The notes beneath the pieces are model-generated. The model searched no databases, was not told the origin of the DNA, and saw only the letters and a list, made by a program, of their open reading frames with translations. From assembly GCA_964016885.1 (NCBI GenBank), contig OZ024740.1, positions 437,100,001-437,164,000 of the forward strand: a DNA stretch of 64,000 nt, given 5' to 3'. Position 1 is the stretch's first letter. Every line of letters begins with the position of its first letter. Source of the stretch: Eledone cirrhosa (Eukaryota). A program made the position numbers and the translations under genes. This document shows positions 37,601 through 52,600 of this stretch, in pieces.

Positions 37601-40600
37601 TGTGTCTACTGTTATATATCTTCTATGACTAGTCTGTGTCTACTGTTATATACCGTCTATGACTAGTCAGTGTCTACAGTTGTATACCGTCTATGACTAG
37701 TCTGTGTCTACTGTTATATACCGTCTATGGCTAGTCTGTGACTACAGTTGTATATCGTCTATGACTTGTCTGTATCTACAGTTGTATACCGTCTATGACT
37801 AGTCTGTGTCTACAGTTATATACCATATATGACTAGTCAGTGTCTACAGTTGTATACCGTCTATGACGAGTCTGTGTCTACAGTTATATACCGTTTATGA
37901 CTTGTCTGTGTCTAAAGTTGTATACCGTCTATCACTAGTCTGTTTTCTACAGGTGTATACCGTCTATGACTTGTCTCTGTCTACAGTTGTATACCGTCTA
38001 TGACTATTCAGTGTCTAGAGTTGTATACCCTCTATGTCCAGTAAGTGTCTACAGTTGTATACCGTCTATGGATAGTCAGTGTCTACATGTGTATACCGTC
38101 TATGACTAGGCTATGTCTGCTGTTATATACCGTCTATGACTAGTCTGTGTCTACAGTTGTATACCGTCTATGACTAGTCTGTGTCTACAGTTGTATACCG
38201 TCTATGGCTAGTCAGTGTCTACAGTTGTATACCGTCTATGACTAGACTGTGTCTAATGTTGTATACCGTCTATGACTAGTCAGTGTCTACAGATGTATAC
38301 CGTCTATGAATAGTCTGTCTAGAGTTGTATACCGTCTATGACTAGACTGTGTCTAGAGTTATATACCGTCTATGACTAATCTGTGTCTACAGTTGTATAC
38401 CGTCTATGACTAGTTTGTGTCTACAGTTTTACACCGTCTATCACTTGTCTGTGTCTACAGTTGTATACCTTCTATGACTAGTATGTGTTTACAGTTGTAT
38501 ACCGCCTATGACTAGTCACTGTCTACAGTTGTATACCGTCTATGACTAGTCTGTGTCTACAGTTGTATACCGCCTATGAATAGTCTGTGTCTACAATTGT
38601 ATACCGTCTATGAATGGTCTGTGTCTACTGTTATATACCGTCTATGACTAGTATGTGTCTACAGTTGTATACCGTCTATGACTTGACTATGTCTACAGTT
38701 GTATGCCGTCTATGACTAGTCTGTGTCTACAGTTGTATACCGTCTGTGACTAGTCTGTGTCTACAATTGTATACCGCCAATGGCTAGTCAGTGTCTAGAG
38801 TTGTATACCGTCTATGACTAGTCTGTGTCTACAGTTGTATACCGTCTATGTCTAGTCGGTGTCTACAGTTGTATACCGTCTATGACTAGTCTGTGTCTAC
38901 AGTTGTATACCGCCTATGACTAGTCTGTGTCTACAGTTGTATACCGCCTATGACTTGTCTGTGTCTACAGTTGTATACCGTCTATGACTAGTCTTTGTCT
39001 ACAGTTGTATACCGCCTATGACTAGTCTGTGTCTACAGTTGTATACCATCTATGACTAGTTTGTGTCTACTGTTATATACCGTCCCTGACTAGTCTGTGT
39101 CTACAGTTGTATACCGCCTATGAGTAGTCTGTGTCTGCAGTTGTATACCGTCTATGACTAGTCTGTGTCTACTGCTATATACCGTATTACTAGTCTGTGT
39201 CTACAGTTGTATACCGTCTATGACTAGTCTGTGTCTACAGTTGTATACCGCCTATGACTAATCTGTATCTACTGTTGTATACCGTCTATGACTAGTCAGT
39301 GTCTACAGTTGTATACCGTCTATCACTAGTCTCTGTCTACAGTTGTATACCGTCTATGACTAGTCTGTGTCTACAGTTGTATACCGTCTATGACTAGTCT
39401 GTGTCTACAGTTGTGTACCGTCTATAACTAGTCTGTGTCTACTGTTATATACCGTCTATGGCTAATCTGTGACTACAGTTGTATATCGTCTATGACTTGT
39501 CTGTGTCTACAGTTGTATACCGTTTATTACTAGGCTGTGTTTACTGTTATATACCGTCTATGGCTAGTCTGTGTCTACAGTTGTATACCGCCTATGACTA
39601 GTGTGTGTCTACAGTTGTATACCGTCTACGGCTAGTCAGTGTCTACAGTTGTATACCGTCTATGACTAGTCTGTGTCTGCAGTTATATACCGTCTATGAC
39701 TAGTTTGTGTCTACATTTGTATACCGTTTATGACGAGTCTGTGTCTACAGTTATATACCGGTCATGACTTGTTTGTGTCTACAGTTGTATACCGTCTATC
39801 ACTAGTCTGTGTCTACAGGTGTATACCGTCTATGACTAGTCTCTGTCTACAGTTGTATACCGTCTATGACTAGTAAGTGTCTACAGTTGTATACCGTCTA
39901 TGACTAATCTGTGACTACAGTTGTATACCGTCTATCACTAGTCTGTGTCTACAGGTGTATACCGTCTATGACTAGTCTCTGTCTACAGTTGTATACCGTC
40001 TATGACTAGTAAGTGTCTACAGTTGTATACCGTCTAAGTCTAGTCAGTGTCTACAGTTGTATACCGTCTATGGCTAGTCAGTGTCTACAGTTGTATACTG
40101 TCTATGATTAGTCTGTGTCTACAGTTGTATACCGTTTACGACTAGGCTGTGTCTCCTGTTATATACCGTCTATGACTAGTCTGTGTCTACAGTTGTATAC
40201 CGTCTATGACTAGTCAGTGTCTACAGTTGTATACCGTCTATGACTAGTCTGTGTCTACAGTTGTATACCGTCTATGACTAGTCTGTGTCTACAGTTGTAA
40301 ACCGTCTATGGCTAGTCAGTGTCTACATTTGTATACCGTCTATGACTAGCCTGTGTTTACTGATGTATACCGTCTATGACTAGTCAGTGTCTACAGTTGT
40401 ATACCGTCTATGACTAGTCTCTGTCTACAGTTGTATACCGTCTATGACAAGTCAGTGTCTACAGTTGTATACCGTCTATGGCTAGTCTCTGTCTACAGTT
40501 GTATACCGTCTAAGGCTAGTCTCTGTCTACAGTTGTATACCGTCTATGGCTAGTCAGTGTCTACAGTTGTATACCGTCTATGATTAGTCTGTGTCTACAG

Positions 40601-43600
40601 TTGTATACCGCCTATGAATAGTCTGTGTCTACAATTGTATACCGTCTATGACGAGTCTGTGTCTACTGTTATATACCGTCTATGACTAGTATGTGTCTAC
40701 AGTTGTATATCGTCTATGACTTGACTATCTCTACAGTTGTATGACGTCTATGACTAGTCTGTGTCTACAGTTGTATACCGTCTATGACTAGTCTGTGTCT
40801 ACAGTTGTATACCGTCTATGACTTGTAAGTGTCTACAGTTGTATACCGTCTATAGACTAGTCTGTGTCTAGAGTTGTATACCGTCTATGACTTGTAAGTG
40901 TCTACAGTTGTATACCGTCTATGTCTAGTCAGTGTCTACAGTTGTATACCGTCTATGGCTAGTCAGTGTCTACAGTTGTATACCGTCTATGACTGGTCTG
41001 TGTCTACAGTTGTATACCGTCTATGGCTAGTCAGTGTCTACAGTTGTATACCGTCTATGACTAGTCTGTGTCTACTGATATATATTGTCTATGACTAGTC
41101 TGTGTCTACTGTTATATACCGTCTATGACTAGTCAGTGCCTACAGTTGTATACCGTCTATGACTAGTCTGTGTCTACTGCTATATATCTTCTATGACTAG
41201 TCTGTGTCTACTGTTATATACCGTCTATGACTAGTCAGTGTCTACAGTTGTATACCGTCTATGACTAGTCTGTGTCTACTGTTATATACCGTCTATGGCT
41301 AGTCTGTGACTACAGTTGTATATCGTCTATGACTTGTCTGTATCTACAGTTGTATACCGTCTATGACTAGTCTGTGTCTACAGTTATATACCATATATGA
41401 CTAGTCAGTGTCTACAGTTGTATACCGTCTATGACGAGTCTGTGTCTACAGTTATATACCGTTTATGACTTGTCTGTGTCTAAAGTTGTATACCGTCTAT
41501 CACTAGTCTGTTTTCTACAGGTGTATACCGTCTATGACTTGTCTCTGTCTACAGTTGTATACCGTCTATGACTATTCAGTGTCTAGAGTTGTATACCCTC
41601 TATGTCCAGTAAGTGTCTACAGTTGTATACCGTCTATGGATAGTCAGTGTCTACATGTGTATACCGTCTATGACTAGGCTGTGTCTGCTGTTATATACCG
41701 TCTATGACTAGTCTGTGTCTACAGTTGTATACCGTCTATGACTAGTCTGTGTCTACAGTTGTATACCGTCTATGGCTAGTCAGTGTCTACAGTTGTATAC
41801 CGTCTATGACTAGACTGTGTCTAATGTTGTATACCGTCTATGACTAGTCAGTGTCTACAGATGTATACCGTCTATGAATAGTCTGTGTCTAGAGTTGTAT
41901 ACCGTCTATGACTAGACTGTGTCTAGAGTTATATACCGTCTATGACTAATCTGTGTCTACAGTTGTATACCGTCTATGACTAGTTTGTGTCTACAGTTTT
42001 ACACCGTCTATCACTTGTCTGTGTCTACAGTTGTATACCTTCTATGACTAGTATGTGTTTACAGTTGTATACCGCCTATGACTAGTCACTGTCTACAGTT
42101 GTATACCGTCTATGACTAGTCTGTGTCTACAGTTGTATACCGCCTATGAATAGTCTGTGTCTACAATTGTATACCGTCTATGAATGGTCTGTGTCTACTG
42201 TTATATACCGTCTATGACTAGTATGTGTCTACAGTTGTATACCGTCTATGACTTGACTATGTCTACAGTTGTATGCCGTCTATGACTAGTCTGTGTCTAC
42301 AGTTGTATACCGTCTGTGACTAGTCTGTGTCTACAATTGTATACCGCCAATGGCTAGTCAGTGTCTAGAGTTGTATACCGTCTATGACTAGTCTGTGTCT
42401 ACAGTTGTATACCGTCTATGTCTAGTCGGTGTCTACAGTTGTATACCGTCTATGACTAGTCTGTGTCTACAGTTGTATACCGCCTATGACTAGTCTGTGT
42501 CTACAGTTGTATACCGCCTATGACTTGTCTGTGTCTACAGTTGTATACCGTCTATGACTAGTCTTTGTCTACAGTTGTATACCGCCTATGACTAGTCTGT
42601 GTCTACAGTTGTATACCATCTATGACTAGTTTGTGTCTACTGTTATATACCGTCCCTGACTAGTCTGTGTCTACAGTTGTATACCGCCTATGAGTAGTCT
42701 GTGTCTGCAGTTGTATACCGTCTATGACTAGTCTGTGTCTACTGCTATATACCGTATTACTAGTCTGTGTCTACAGTTGTATACCGTCTATGACTAGTCT
42801 GTGTCTACAGTTGTATACCGCCTATGACTAATCTGTATCTACTGTTGTATACCGTCTATGACTAGTCAGTGTCTACAGTTGTATACCGTCTATCACTAGT
42901 CTCTGTCTACAGTTGTATACCGTCTATGACTAGTCTGTGTCTACAGTTGTATACCGTCTATGACTAGTCTGTGTCTACAGTTGTGTACCGTCTATAACTA
43001 GTCTGTGTCTACTGTTATATACCGTCTATGGCTAATCTGTGACTACAGTTGTATATCGTCTATGACTTGTCTGTGTCTACAGTTGTATACCGTTTATTAC
43101 TAGGCTGTGTTTACTGTTATATACCGTCTATGGCTAGTCTGTGTCTACAGTTGTATACCGCCTATGACTAGTGTGTGTCTACAGTTGTATACCGTCTACG
43201 GCTAGTCAGTGTCTACAGTTGTATACCGTCTATGACTAGTCTGTGTCTGCAGTTATATACCGTCTATGACTAGTTTGTGTCTACATTTGTATACCGTTTA
43301 TGACGAGTCTGTGTCTACAGTTATATACCGGTCATGACTTGTTTGTGTCTACAGTTGTATACCGTCTATCACTAGTCTGTGTCTACAGGTGTATACCGTC
43401 TATGACTAGTCTCTGTCTACAGTTGTATACCGTCTATGACTAGTAAGTGTCTACAGTTGTATACCGTCTATGACTAATCTGTGACTACAGTTGTATACCG
43501 TCTATCACTAGTCTGTGTCTACAGGTGTATACCGTCTATGACTAGTCTCTGTCTACAGTTGTATACCGTCTATGACTAGTAAGTGTCTACAGTTGTATAC

Positions 43601-46600
43601 CGTCTAAGTCTAGTCAGTGTCTACAGTTGTATACCGTCTATGGCTAGTCAGTGTCTACAGTTGTATACTGTCTATGATTAGTCTGTGTCTACAGTTGTAT
43701 ACCGTTTATGACTAGGCTGTGTCTCCTGTTATATACCGTCTATGACTAGTCTGTGTCTACAGTTGTATACCGTCTATGACTAGTCAGTGTCTACAGTTGT
43801 ATACCGTCTATGACTAGTCTGTGTCTACAGTTGTATACCGTCTATGACTAGTCTGTGTCTACAGTTGTAAACCGTCTATGGCTAGTCAGTGTCTACATTT
43901 GTATACCGTCTATGACTAGTCTGTGTTTACTGATGTATACCGTCTATGACTAGTCAGTGTCTACAGTTGTATACCGTCTATGACTAGTCTCTGTCTACAG
44001 TTGTATACCGTCTATGACAAGTCAGTGTCTACAGTTGTATACCGTCTATGGCTAGTCTCTGTCTACAGTTGTATACCGTCTAAGGCTAGTCTCTGTCTAC
44101 AGTTGTATACCGTCTATGGCTAGTCAGTGTCTACAGTTGTATACCGTCTATGATTAGTCTGTGTCTACAGTTGTATACCGCCTATGAATAGTCTGTGTCT
44201 ACAATTGTATACCGTCTATGACGAGTCTGTGTCTACTGTTATATACCGTCTATGACTAGTATGTGTCTACAGTTGTATATCGTCTATGACTTGACTATCT
44301 CTACAGTTGTATGACGTCTATGACTAGTCTGTGTCTACAGTTGTATACCGTCTATGACTAGTCTGTGTCTACAGTTGTATACCGTCTATGACTTGTAAGT
44401 GTCTACAGTTGTATACCGTCTATAGACTAGTCTGTGTCTAGAGTTGTATACCGTCTATGACTTGTAAGTGTCTACAGTTGTATACCGTCTATGTCTAGTC
44501 AGTGTCTACAGTTGTATACCGTCTATGGCTAGTCAGTGTCTACAGTTGTATACCGTCTATGACTGGTCTGTGTCTACAGTTGTATACCGTCTATGGCTAG
44601 TCAGTGTCTACAGTTGTATACCGTCTATGACTAGTCTGTGTCTACTGTTATATATTGTCTATGACTAGTCTGTGTCTACTGTTATATACCGTCTATGACT
44701 AGTCAGTGTCTACAGTTGTATACCGTCTATGACTAGTCTGTGTCTACTGTTATATATCTTCTATGACTAGTCTGTGTCTACTGTTATATACCGTCTATGA
44801 CTAGTCAGTGTCTACAGTTGTATACCGTCTATGACTAGTCTGTGTCTACTGTTATATACCGTCTATGGCTAGTCTGTGACTACAGTTGTATATCGTCTAT
44901 GACTTGTCTGTATCTACAGTTGTATACCGTCTATGACTAGTCTGTGTCTACAGTTATATACCATATATGACTAGTCAGTGTCTACAGTTGTATACCGTCT
45001 ATGACGAGTTTGTGTCTACAGTTATATACCGTTTATGACTTGTCTGTGTCTAAAGTTGTATACCGTCTATCACTAGTCTGTTTTCTACAGGTGTATACCG
45101 TCTATGACTTGTCTCTGTCTACAGTTGTATACCGTCTATGACTATTCAGTGTCTAGAGTTGTATACCCTCTATGTCCAGTAAGTGTCTACAGTTGTATAC
45201 CGTCTATGGATAGTCAGTGTCTACATGTGTATACCGTCTATGACTAGGTTGTGTCTGCTGTTATATACCGTCTATGACTAGTCTGTGTCTACAGTTGTAT
45301 ACCGTCTATGACTAGTCTGTGTCTACAGTTGTATACCGTCTATGGCTAGTCAGTGTCTACAGTTGTATACCGTCTATGACTAGTCTGTGTCTACTGTTGT
45401 ATACCGTCTATGACTAGTCAGTGTCTACAGATGTATACCGTCTATGAATAGTCTGTGTCTAGAGTTGTATACCGTCTATGACTAGACTGTGTCTACAGTT
45501 ATATACCGTCTATGACTAATCTGTGTCTACAGTTGTATACCGTCTATGACTAGTTTGTGTCTACAGTTTTACACCGTCTATCACTTGTCTGTGTCTACAG
45601 TTGTATACCTTCTATGACTAGTATGTGTTTACAGTTGTATACCGCCTATGACTAGTCACTGTCTACAGTTGTATACCGTCTATGACTAGTCTGTGTCTAC
45701 AGTTGTATACCGCCTATGAATAGTCTGTGTCTACAATTGTATACCGTCTATGAATGGTTTGTGTCTACTGTTATATACCGTCTATGACTAGTATGTGTCT
45801 ACAGTTGTATACCGTCTATGGCTTGACTATGTCTACAGTTGTATGCCGTCTATGACTAGTCTGTGTCTATAGTTGTATACCGTCTGTGACTAGTCTGTGT
45901 CTACAATTGTATACCGCCAATGGCTAGTCAGTGTCTAGAGTTGTATACCGTCTATGACTAGTCTGTGTCTACAGTTGTATACCGTCTATGTCTAGTCTGT
46001 GTCTACAGTTGTATACCGTCTATGACTAGTCTGTGTCTACAGTTGTATACCGCCTATGACTAGTCTGTGTCTACAGTTGTATACCGCCTATGACTTGTCT
46101 GTGTCTACAGTTGTATACCGTCTATGACTAGTCTCTGTCTACAGTTGTATACCGCCTATGACTAGTCTGTGTCTACAGTTGTATACCATCTATGACTAGT
46201 TTGTGTCTACTGTTATATACCGTCCCTGACTAGTCTGTGTCTACAGTTGTATACCGCCTATGAGTAGTCTGTGTCTGCAGTTGTATACCGTCTATGACTA
46301 GTCTGTGTCTACTGCTATATACCGTATTACTAGTCTGTGTCTACAGTTGTATACCGTCTATGACTAGTCTGTGTCTACAGTTGTATACCGCCTATGACTA
46401 ATCTGTGTCTACAGTTGTATACCGTCTATGACTAGTCTGTGTCAACATCTCTATACCGTCTATGACTAGTCAGTGTCTACAGTTGTATACCCTCTATGAC
46501 TAGTCTGTGTCTACTGTTATATATCGTCTATGACTAGTCTGTGTCTACTGTTATATACCGTCTATGACTAGTCAGTGTCTGCAGTTGTGTAGCGTCTATG

Positions 46601-49600
46601 ACTAGTCTGTGTCTACTGTTATATACCGTCTATGGCTAGTCTGTGACTACAGTTGTATATCGTCTATGACTTGTCTGTGTCTACAGTTGTATACCGTCTA
46701 TGACTAGTCTGTGTCTACAGTTATATACCGTATATGACTAGTCAGTGTCTACAGTTGTATACCCTCTATGACGAGTCTGTGTCTACAGTTATATACCGTT
46801 TATGACTTGTCTGTGTCTACAGTTGTATACCGTCTGTCACTAGTCTGTTTTCTACAGGTGTATACCGTCTATGACTTGTCTCTGTCTACAGTTGTATACC
46901 GTCTATGACTATTCAGTGTCTAGAGTTGTATACCCTCTATGTCCAGTCAGTGTCTACAGTTGTATACCGTCTATGGCTAGTCAGTGTCTACATGTGTATA
47001 CCGTCTATGACTAGGCTGTGTCTGCTGTTATATACCGTCTATGACTAGTCTGTGTCTACAGTTGTATACCGTCTATGACTAGTCTGTTTCTACAGTTGTA
47101 TACCGTCTATGGCTAGTCAGTGTCTACAGTTGTATACGGTCTATGACTAGTCTGTGTCTACAGTTGTATACCGTCTATGATTAGTCTGTGTCTACAGTTG
47201 TATACCGTTTATGACTAGGCTGTGTCTACTGTTATATACCGTCTATGGCTAGTCTGTGAATACAGTTGTATACCGTCTAGGACTAGTCTGTGTCTACAGT
47301 TGTATACCGTCTATGGCTAGTGAGTATCTACAGTTGTATACCGTCTATGACTAGTCTGTGTCTACTGTTGTATACCGTCTATGGCTAGTGTGTGTCTACA
47401 CTTGCATACCGTCTATGGCTAGTCTCTGTCTACAGTTGTATACCGTCTATGGCTAGTCAGTGTCTACAGTTGTATACCGTCTATGACTAGTCTGTGTCTA
47501 CAGTTTTATACCACCTATGACTAGTCTGTGTCTACAATTGTATACCGTCTATGACTAGTCTGTGTCTATTGTTATATACCTTCTATGACTAGTATATGTC
47601 TACAGTTGTATACCGTCTATGACTTGCCTATGTCTACAGTTGTATGCCGTCCATGACTAGTCTGTGTCTACAGTTGTATACCGTCTATGACTAGTCTGTC
47701 TCTACTGTTGTATACCGTCTATGACTAGTCAGTGTCTACAGTTGTATACGGTCTATGACTAGTCTGTGTCTACAGTTGTATACCGTCTATGGCTAGTCAT
47801 TCTCTACAGTTGTATACCGTCTATGACTGGTCTGTGTCTACAGTTATATACCGTCTATGGCTAATCAGTGTCTACAGTTGTATACCGCCTATGACTAGTC
47901 TGTGTCTACAGTTGTATACCTTCTATGACTAGTCTGTGTCTACAGTTGTATACCCTCTATGACTAGTCTCTGTCTACAGTTGTACACCGTCTATGACTAG
48001 TCTGTGTCTACAGTTATATACCTTCTATGACTTGTCTCTGTCTACTGTTGTATACCGTCTATGACTAGTCTGTGTCTACAGTTGTATACCATCTATGACT
48101 AGTCTCTGTCTACAGTTGTATACCGTCTATGTGTAGTCAGTGTCTACAGTTTTAAAGCGTCTATGACTAGTCTGTGTCTACTGTTGTATACCGTCTATGA
48201 CTAGTCAGTGTCTACAGTTGTATACCGTCTATGACTAGTCTCTGTCTACAGTTGTATAAAGTCTATGGCTAGTCAGTATCTACAGTTGTATACCGTCTAT
48301 GACTAGTCTGTGTCTACTGTTATATATCGTCTATGACTAGTCTGTGTCTACTGTTATATACCGTCTATGACTAGTCAGTGTCTACAGTTGTATACCATCT
48401 ATGACTAGTCTGTGTCTACAGTTGTATACCCTCTATGACTAGTCTCTGTCTACAGTTGTATACCGTCTATGACTAGTCTGTGTCTACAGTTGTATACCGT
48501 CTATGGCTAGTCAGTGTCTACAGTTGTATACCGTCTATGACTGGTCTGTGTCTACAGTTGTATACCGTCTATGGCTAGTCAGTGTCTACAGTTGTATACC
48601 GTCTATGACTAGTCTGTGTCTACTGTTATATACCTTCTATGGCTAGTCTGTGTCTTCAGTTGTATACCGTCTATGACTAGTGTGTGTCTACAGTTGTATA
48701 CCGTCTATGGCTAGTCAGTGTCTACAGTTGTATACCGTCTATGACTAGTCTGTGTCTACAGTTATATACCGTCTATGACTAGTTTGTGTCTACAGTTGTA
48801 TACCATCTATGACGAGTCTGTGTCTACAGTTATATACCGTTCATGACTTGTCTGTGTCTACAGGTGTATACCGTCTATGACTAGTCTCTGTCTACAGTTG
48901 TATACCGTCTATGACTAGTAAATGTCTAGAGTTGTATACCGTCTATGTCTAGTCAGTGTCTACAGTTGTATACCGTCTATGGCTAGTCAGTGTCTACAGT
49001 TGTATACCGTCTATGACTATTCTGTGTCTACAGTTGTATACCGTCTATGATTAGTCTGTGTCTACAGTTGTATACCGTTTATGACTAGGCTGTGTCTCCT
49101 GTTATATACCGTCTATGACTAGACTGTGTCTACAGTTGTATACCGTCTATGACTAGTCAGTGTCTACAGTTGTGTACGGTCTATGACTAGTCTGTGTCTA
49201 CAGTTGTATACCGTCTATAATTAGTCTATGTTTACTGTTGTATACCGTCTATGACTAGTCAGTGTCTACAGTTGTATACCGTCTATGACTAGTCTGTGTC
49301 TACAGTTGTATACCGTCTATGACTAGTCTATGTCTACAGTTGTATACCGTTTATGACTAGGCTGTGTCTACTGTTATATACCGTCTATGGCTAGTCTGTG
49401 AATACAGTTGTATACCGTCTAGGACTAGACTGTGTCTACAGTTGTATACCGTCTATGGCTAGTGAGTATCTACAGTTGTATACCGTCTATGACTAGTCTG
49501 TGTCTACTGTTGTATACCGTCTATGGCTAGTCTGTGTCTACAGTTGCATACCGTCTATGGCTAGTCTCTGTCTACAGTTGTATACCGTCTATGGCTAGTC

Positions 49601-52600
49601 AGTCTCTACAGTTGTATACCGTCTATGACTAGTCTGTGTCTAGAGTTGTATACCGCCTATGACTAGTATGTGTCTACAATTGTATACCGTCTATGGCTAG
49701 TCTGTGAATACAGTTGTATACCGTCTAGGACTAGTCTGTGTCTACAGTTGTATACCGTCTATGACTTGACTATGTCTACAGTTGTATGCCGTCTATGACT
49801 AGTCTGTGTCTACAGTTGTATACCGTCTATGACTAGTCTGTGTCTACAGTTGTAGACCGCCAATGGCTAGTCAGTGTCTACAGTTTTATAGCGTCTATGA
49901 CTAGTCTGTGTCTACTGTTGTATACCGTCTATGACTAGTCAGTGTCTACAGTTGTATACCGTCTATGACTAGTCTCTGTCTACAGTTGTATACCGTCTAT
50001 GGCTAGTCAGTGTCTACAGTTGTATACCGTCTATGACTAGTCTGTCTCTACTGTTATATACCGTCTATGACTAGTCAGTGTCTACAGTTGTATACCTTCT
50101 ATGACTTGTCTCTGTCTACTGTTGTATACCGTCTATGACTAGTCTGTGTCTACAGTTGTATACCATCTATGACTAGTCTCTGTCTACAGTTGTATACCGT
50201 CTATGTGTAGTCAGTGTCTACAGTTTTAAAGCGTCTATGACTAGTCTGTGTCTACTGTTGTATACCGTCTATGACTAGTCAGTGTCTACAGTTGTATACC
50301 GTCTATGACTAGTCTCTGTCTACAGTTGTATAAAGTCTATGGCTAGTCAGTGTCTACAGTTGTATACCGTCTATGACTAGTCCGTGTCTACTGTTATATA
50401 TCGTCTATGACTAGTCTGTGTCTACTGTTATATACCGTCTATGACTAGTCAGTGTCTACAGTTGTATACCATCTATGACTAGTCTGTGTCTACAGTTGTA
50501 TACCCTCTATGACTAGTCTCTGTCTACAGTTGTATACCGTCTATGACTAGTCTGTGTCTACAGTTGTATACCGTCTATGGCTAGTCAGTGTCTACAGTTG
50601 TATACCGTCTATGACTGGTCTGTGTCTACAGTTGTATACCGTCTATGGCTAGTCAGTGTCTACAGTTGTATACCGTCTATGACTAGTCTGTGTCTACTGT
50701 TATATACCTTCTATGGCTAGTCTGTGTCTTCAGTTGTATACCGTCTATGACTAGTGTATGTCTACAGTTGTATACCGTCTATGGCTAGTCAGTGTCTACA
50801 GTTGTATACCGTCTATGACTAGTCTGTGTCTACAGTTATATACCGTCTATGACTAGTTTGTGTCTACAGTTGTATACCATCTATGACGAGTCTGTGTCTA
50901 CAGTTATATACCGTTCATGACTTGTCTGTGTCTACAGGTGTATACCGTCTATGACTAGTCTCTGTCTACAGTTGTATACCGTCTATGACTAGTAAATGTC
51001 TAGAGTTGTATACCGTCTATGTCTAGTCAGTGTCTACAGTTGTATACCGTCTATGGCTAGTCAGTGTCTACAGTTGTATACCGTCTATGACTAGTCTGTG
51101 TCTACAGTTGTATACCGTCTATGATTAGTCTGTGTCTACAGTTGTATACCGTTTATGACTAGGCTGTGTCTCCTGTTATATACCGTCTATGACTAGACTG
51201 TGTCTACAGTTGTATACCGTCTATGACTAGTCAGTGTCTACAGTTGTGTACGGTCTATGACTAGTCTGTGTCTACAGTTGTATACCGTCTATAATTAGTC
51301 TATGTTTACTGTTGTATACCGTCTATGACTAGTCAGTGTCTACAGTTGTATACCGTCTATGACTAGTCTGTGTCTACAGTTGTATACCGTCTATGACTAG
51401 TCTATGTCTACAGTTGTATACCGTCTATGGCTATTCAGTGTCTACAGTTGTATACCGCCTATGACTAGTCTGTGTCTACTGTTATATATCGTCTATGACT
51501 AGTCTGTGTCTACTGTTATGTACCGTCTATGACTAGTCAGTGTCTACAGTTGTATACCGTCTATGATTAGTCTGTGTCTAAAATTGTATACCGTCTATGA
51601 CTAGTCAGTGTCTACAGTTGTATACGGTCTATGACTAGTCTGTGTCTACAGTTGTATACCGTCTACGATTAGTCTGTGTCTACAGTTGTATACCGTTTAT
51701 GACTAGGCTGTGTCTACTGTTATATACCGTCTATGGCTAGTCTGTGAATACAGTTGTATACCGTCTAGGACTAGACTGTGTCTACAGTTGTATACCGTCT
51801 ATGGCTAGTGAGTATCTACAGTTGTATACCGTCTATGACTAGTCTGTGTCTATTGTTGTATACCGTCTATGGCTAGTCTGTGTCTACAGTTGCATACCGT
51901 CTATGGCTAGTCTCTGTCTACAGTTGTATACCGTCTATGGCTAGTCAGTCTCTACAGTTGTATACCGTCTATGACTAGTCTGTGTCTAGAGTTGTATACC
52001 GCCTATGACTAGTATGTGTCTACAATTGTATACCGTCTATGGCTAGTCTGTGAATACAGTTGTATACCGTCTAGGACTAGTCTGTGTCTACAGTTGTATA
52101 CCGTCTATGACTTGACTATGTCTACAGTTGTATGCCGTCTATGACTAGTCTGTGTCTACAGTTGTATATCGTCTATGACTAGTCTGTGTCTACAGTTGTA
52201 GACCGCCAATGGCTAGTCAGTGTCTACAGTTTTATAGCGTCTATGACTAGTCTGTGTCTACTGTTGTATACCGTCTATGACTAGTCAGTGTCTACAGTTG
52301 TATACCGTCTATGACTAGTCTCTGTCTACAGTTGTATACCGTCTATGGCTAGTCAGTGTCTACAGTTGTATACCGTCTATGACTAGTCTGTGTCTACTGT
52401 TATATATCGTGTATGACTAGTCTGTCTCTACTGTTATATACCGTCTATGACTAGTCAGTGTCTACAGTTGTATACCTTCTATGACTAGTCTGTGTCTACA
52501 GTTGTATACCGTCTATGACTAGTCAGTGTCTACAGTTGTATACGGTCTATGACTAGTCTGTGTCTACAGTTGTATACCGTCTATGATTAGTCTGTGTCTA

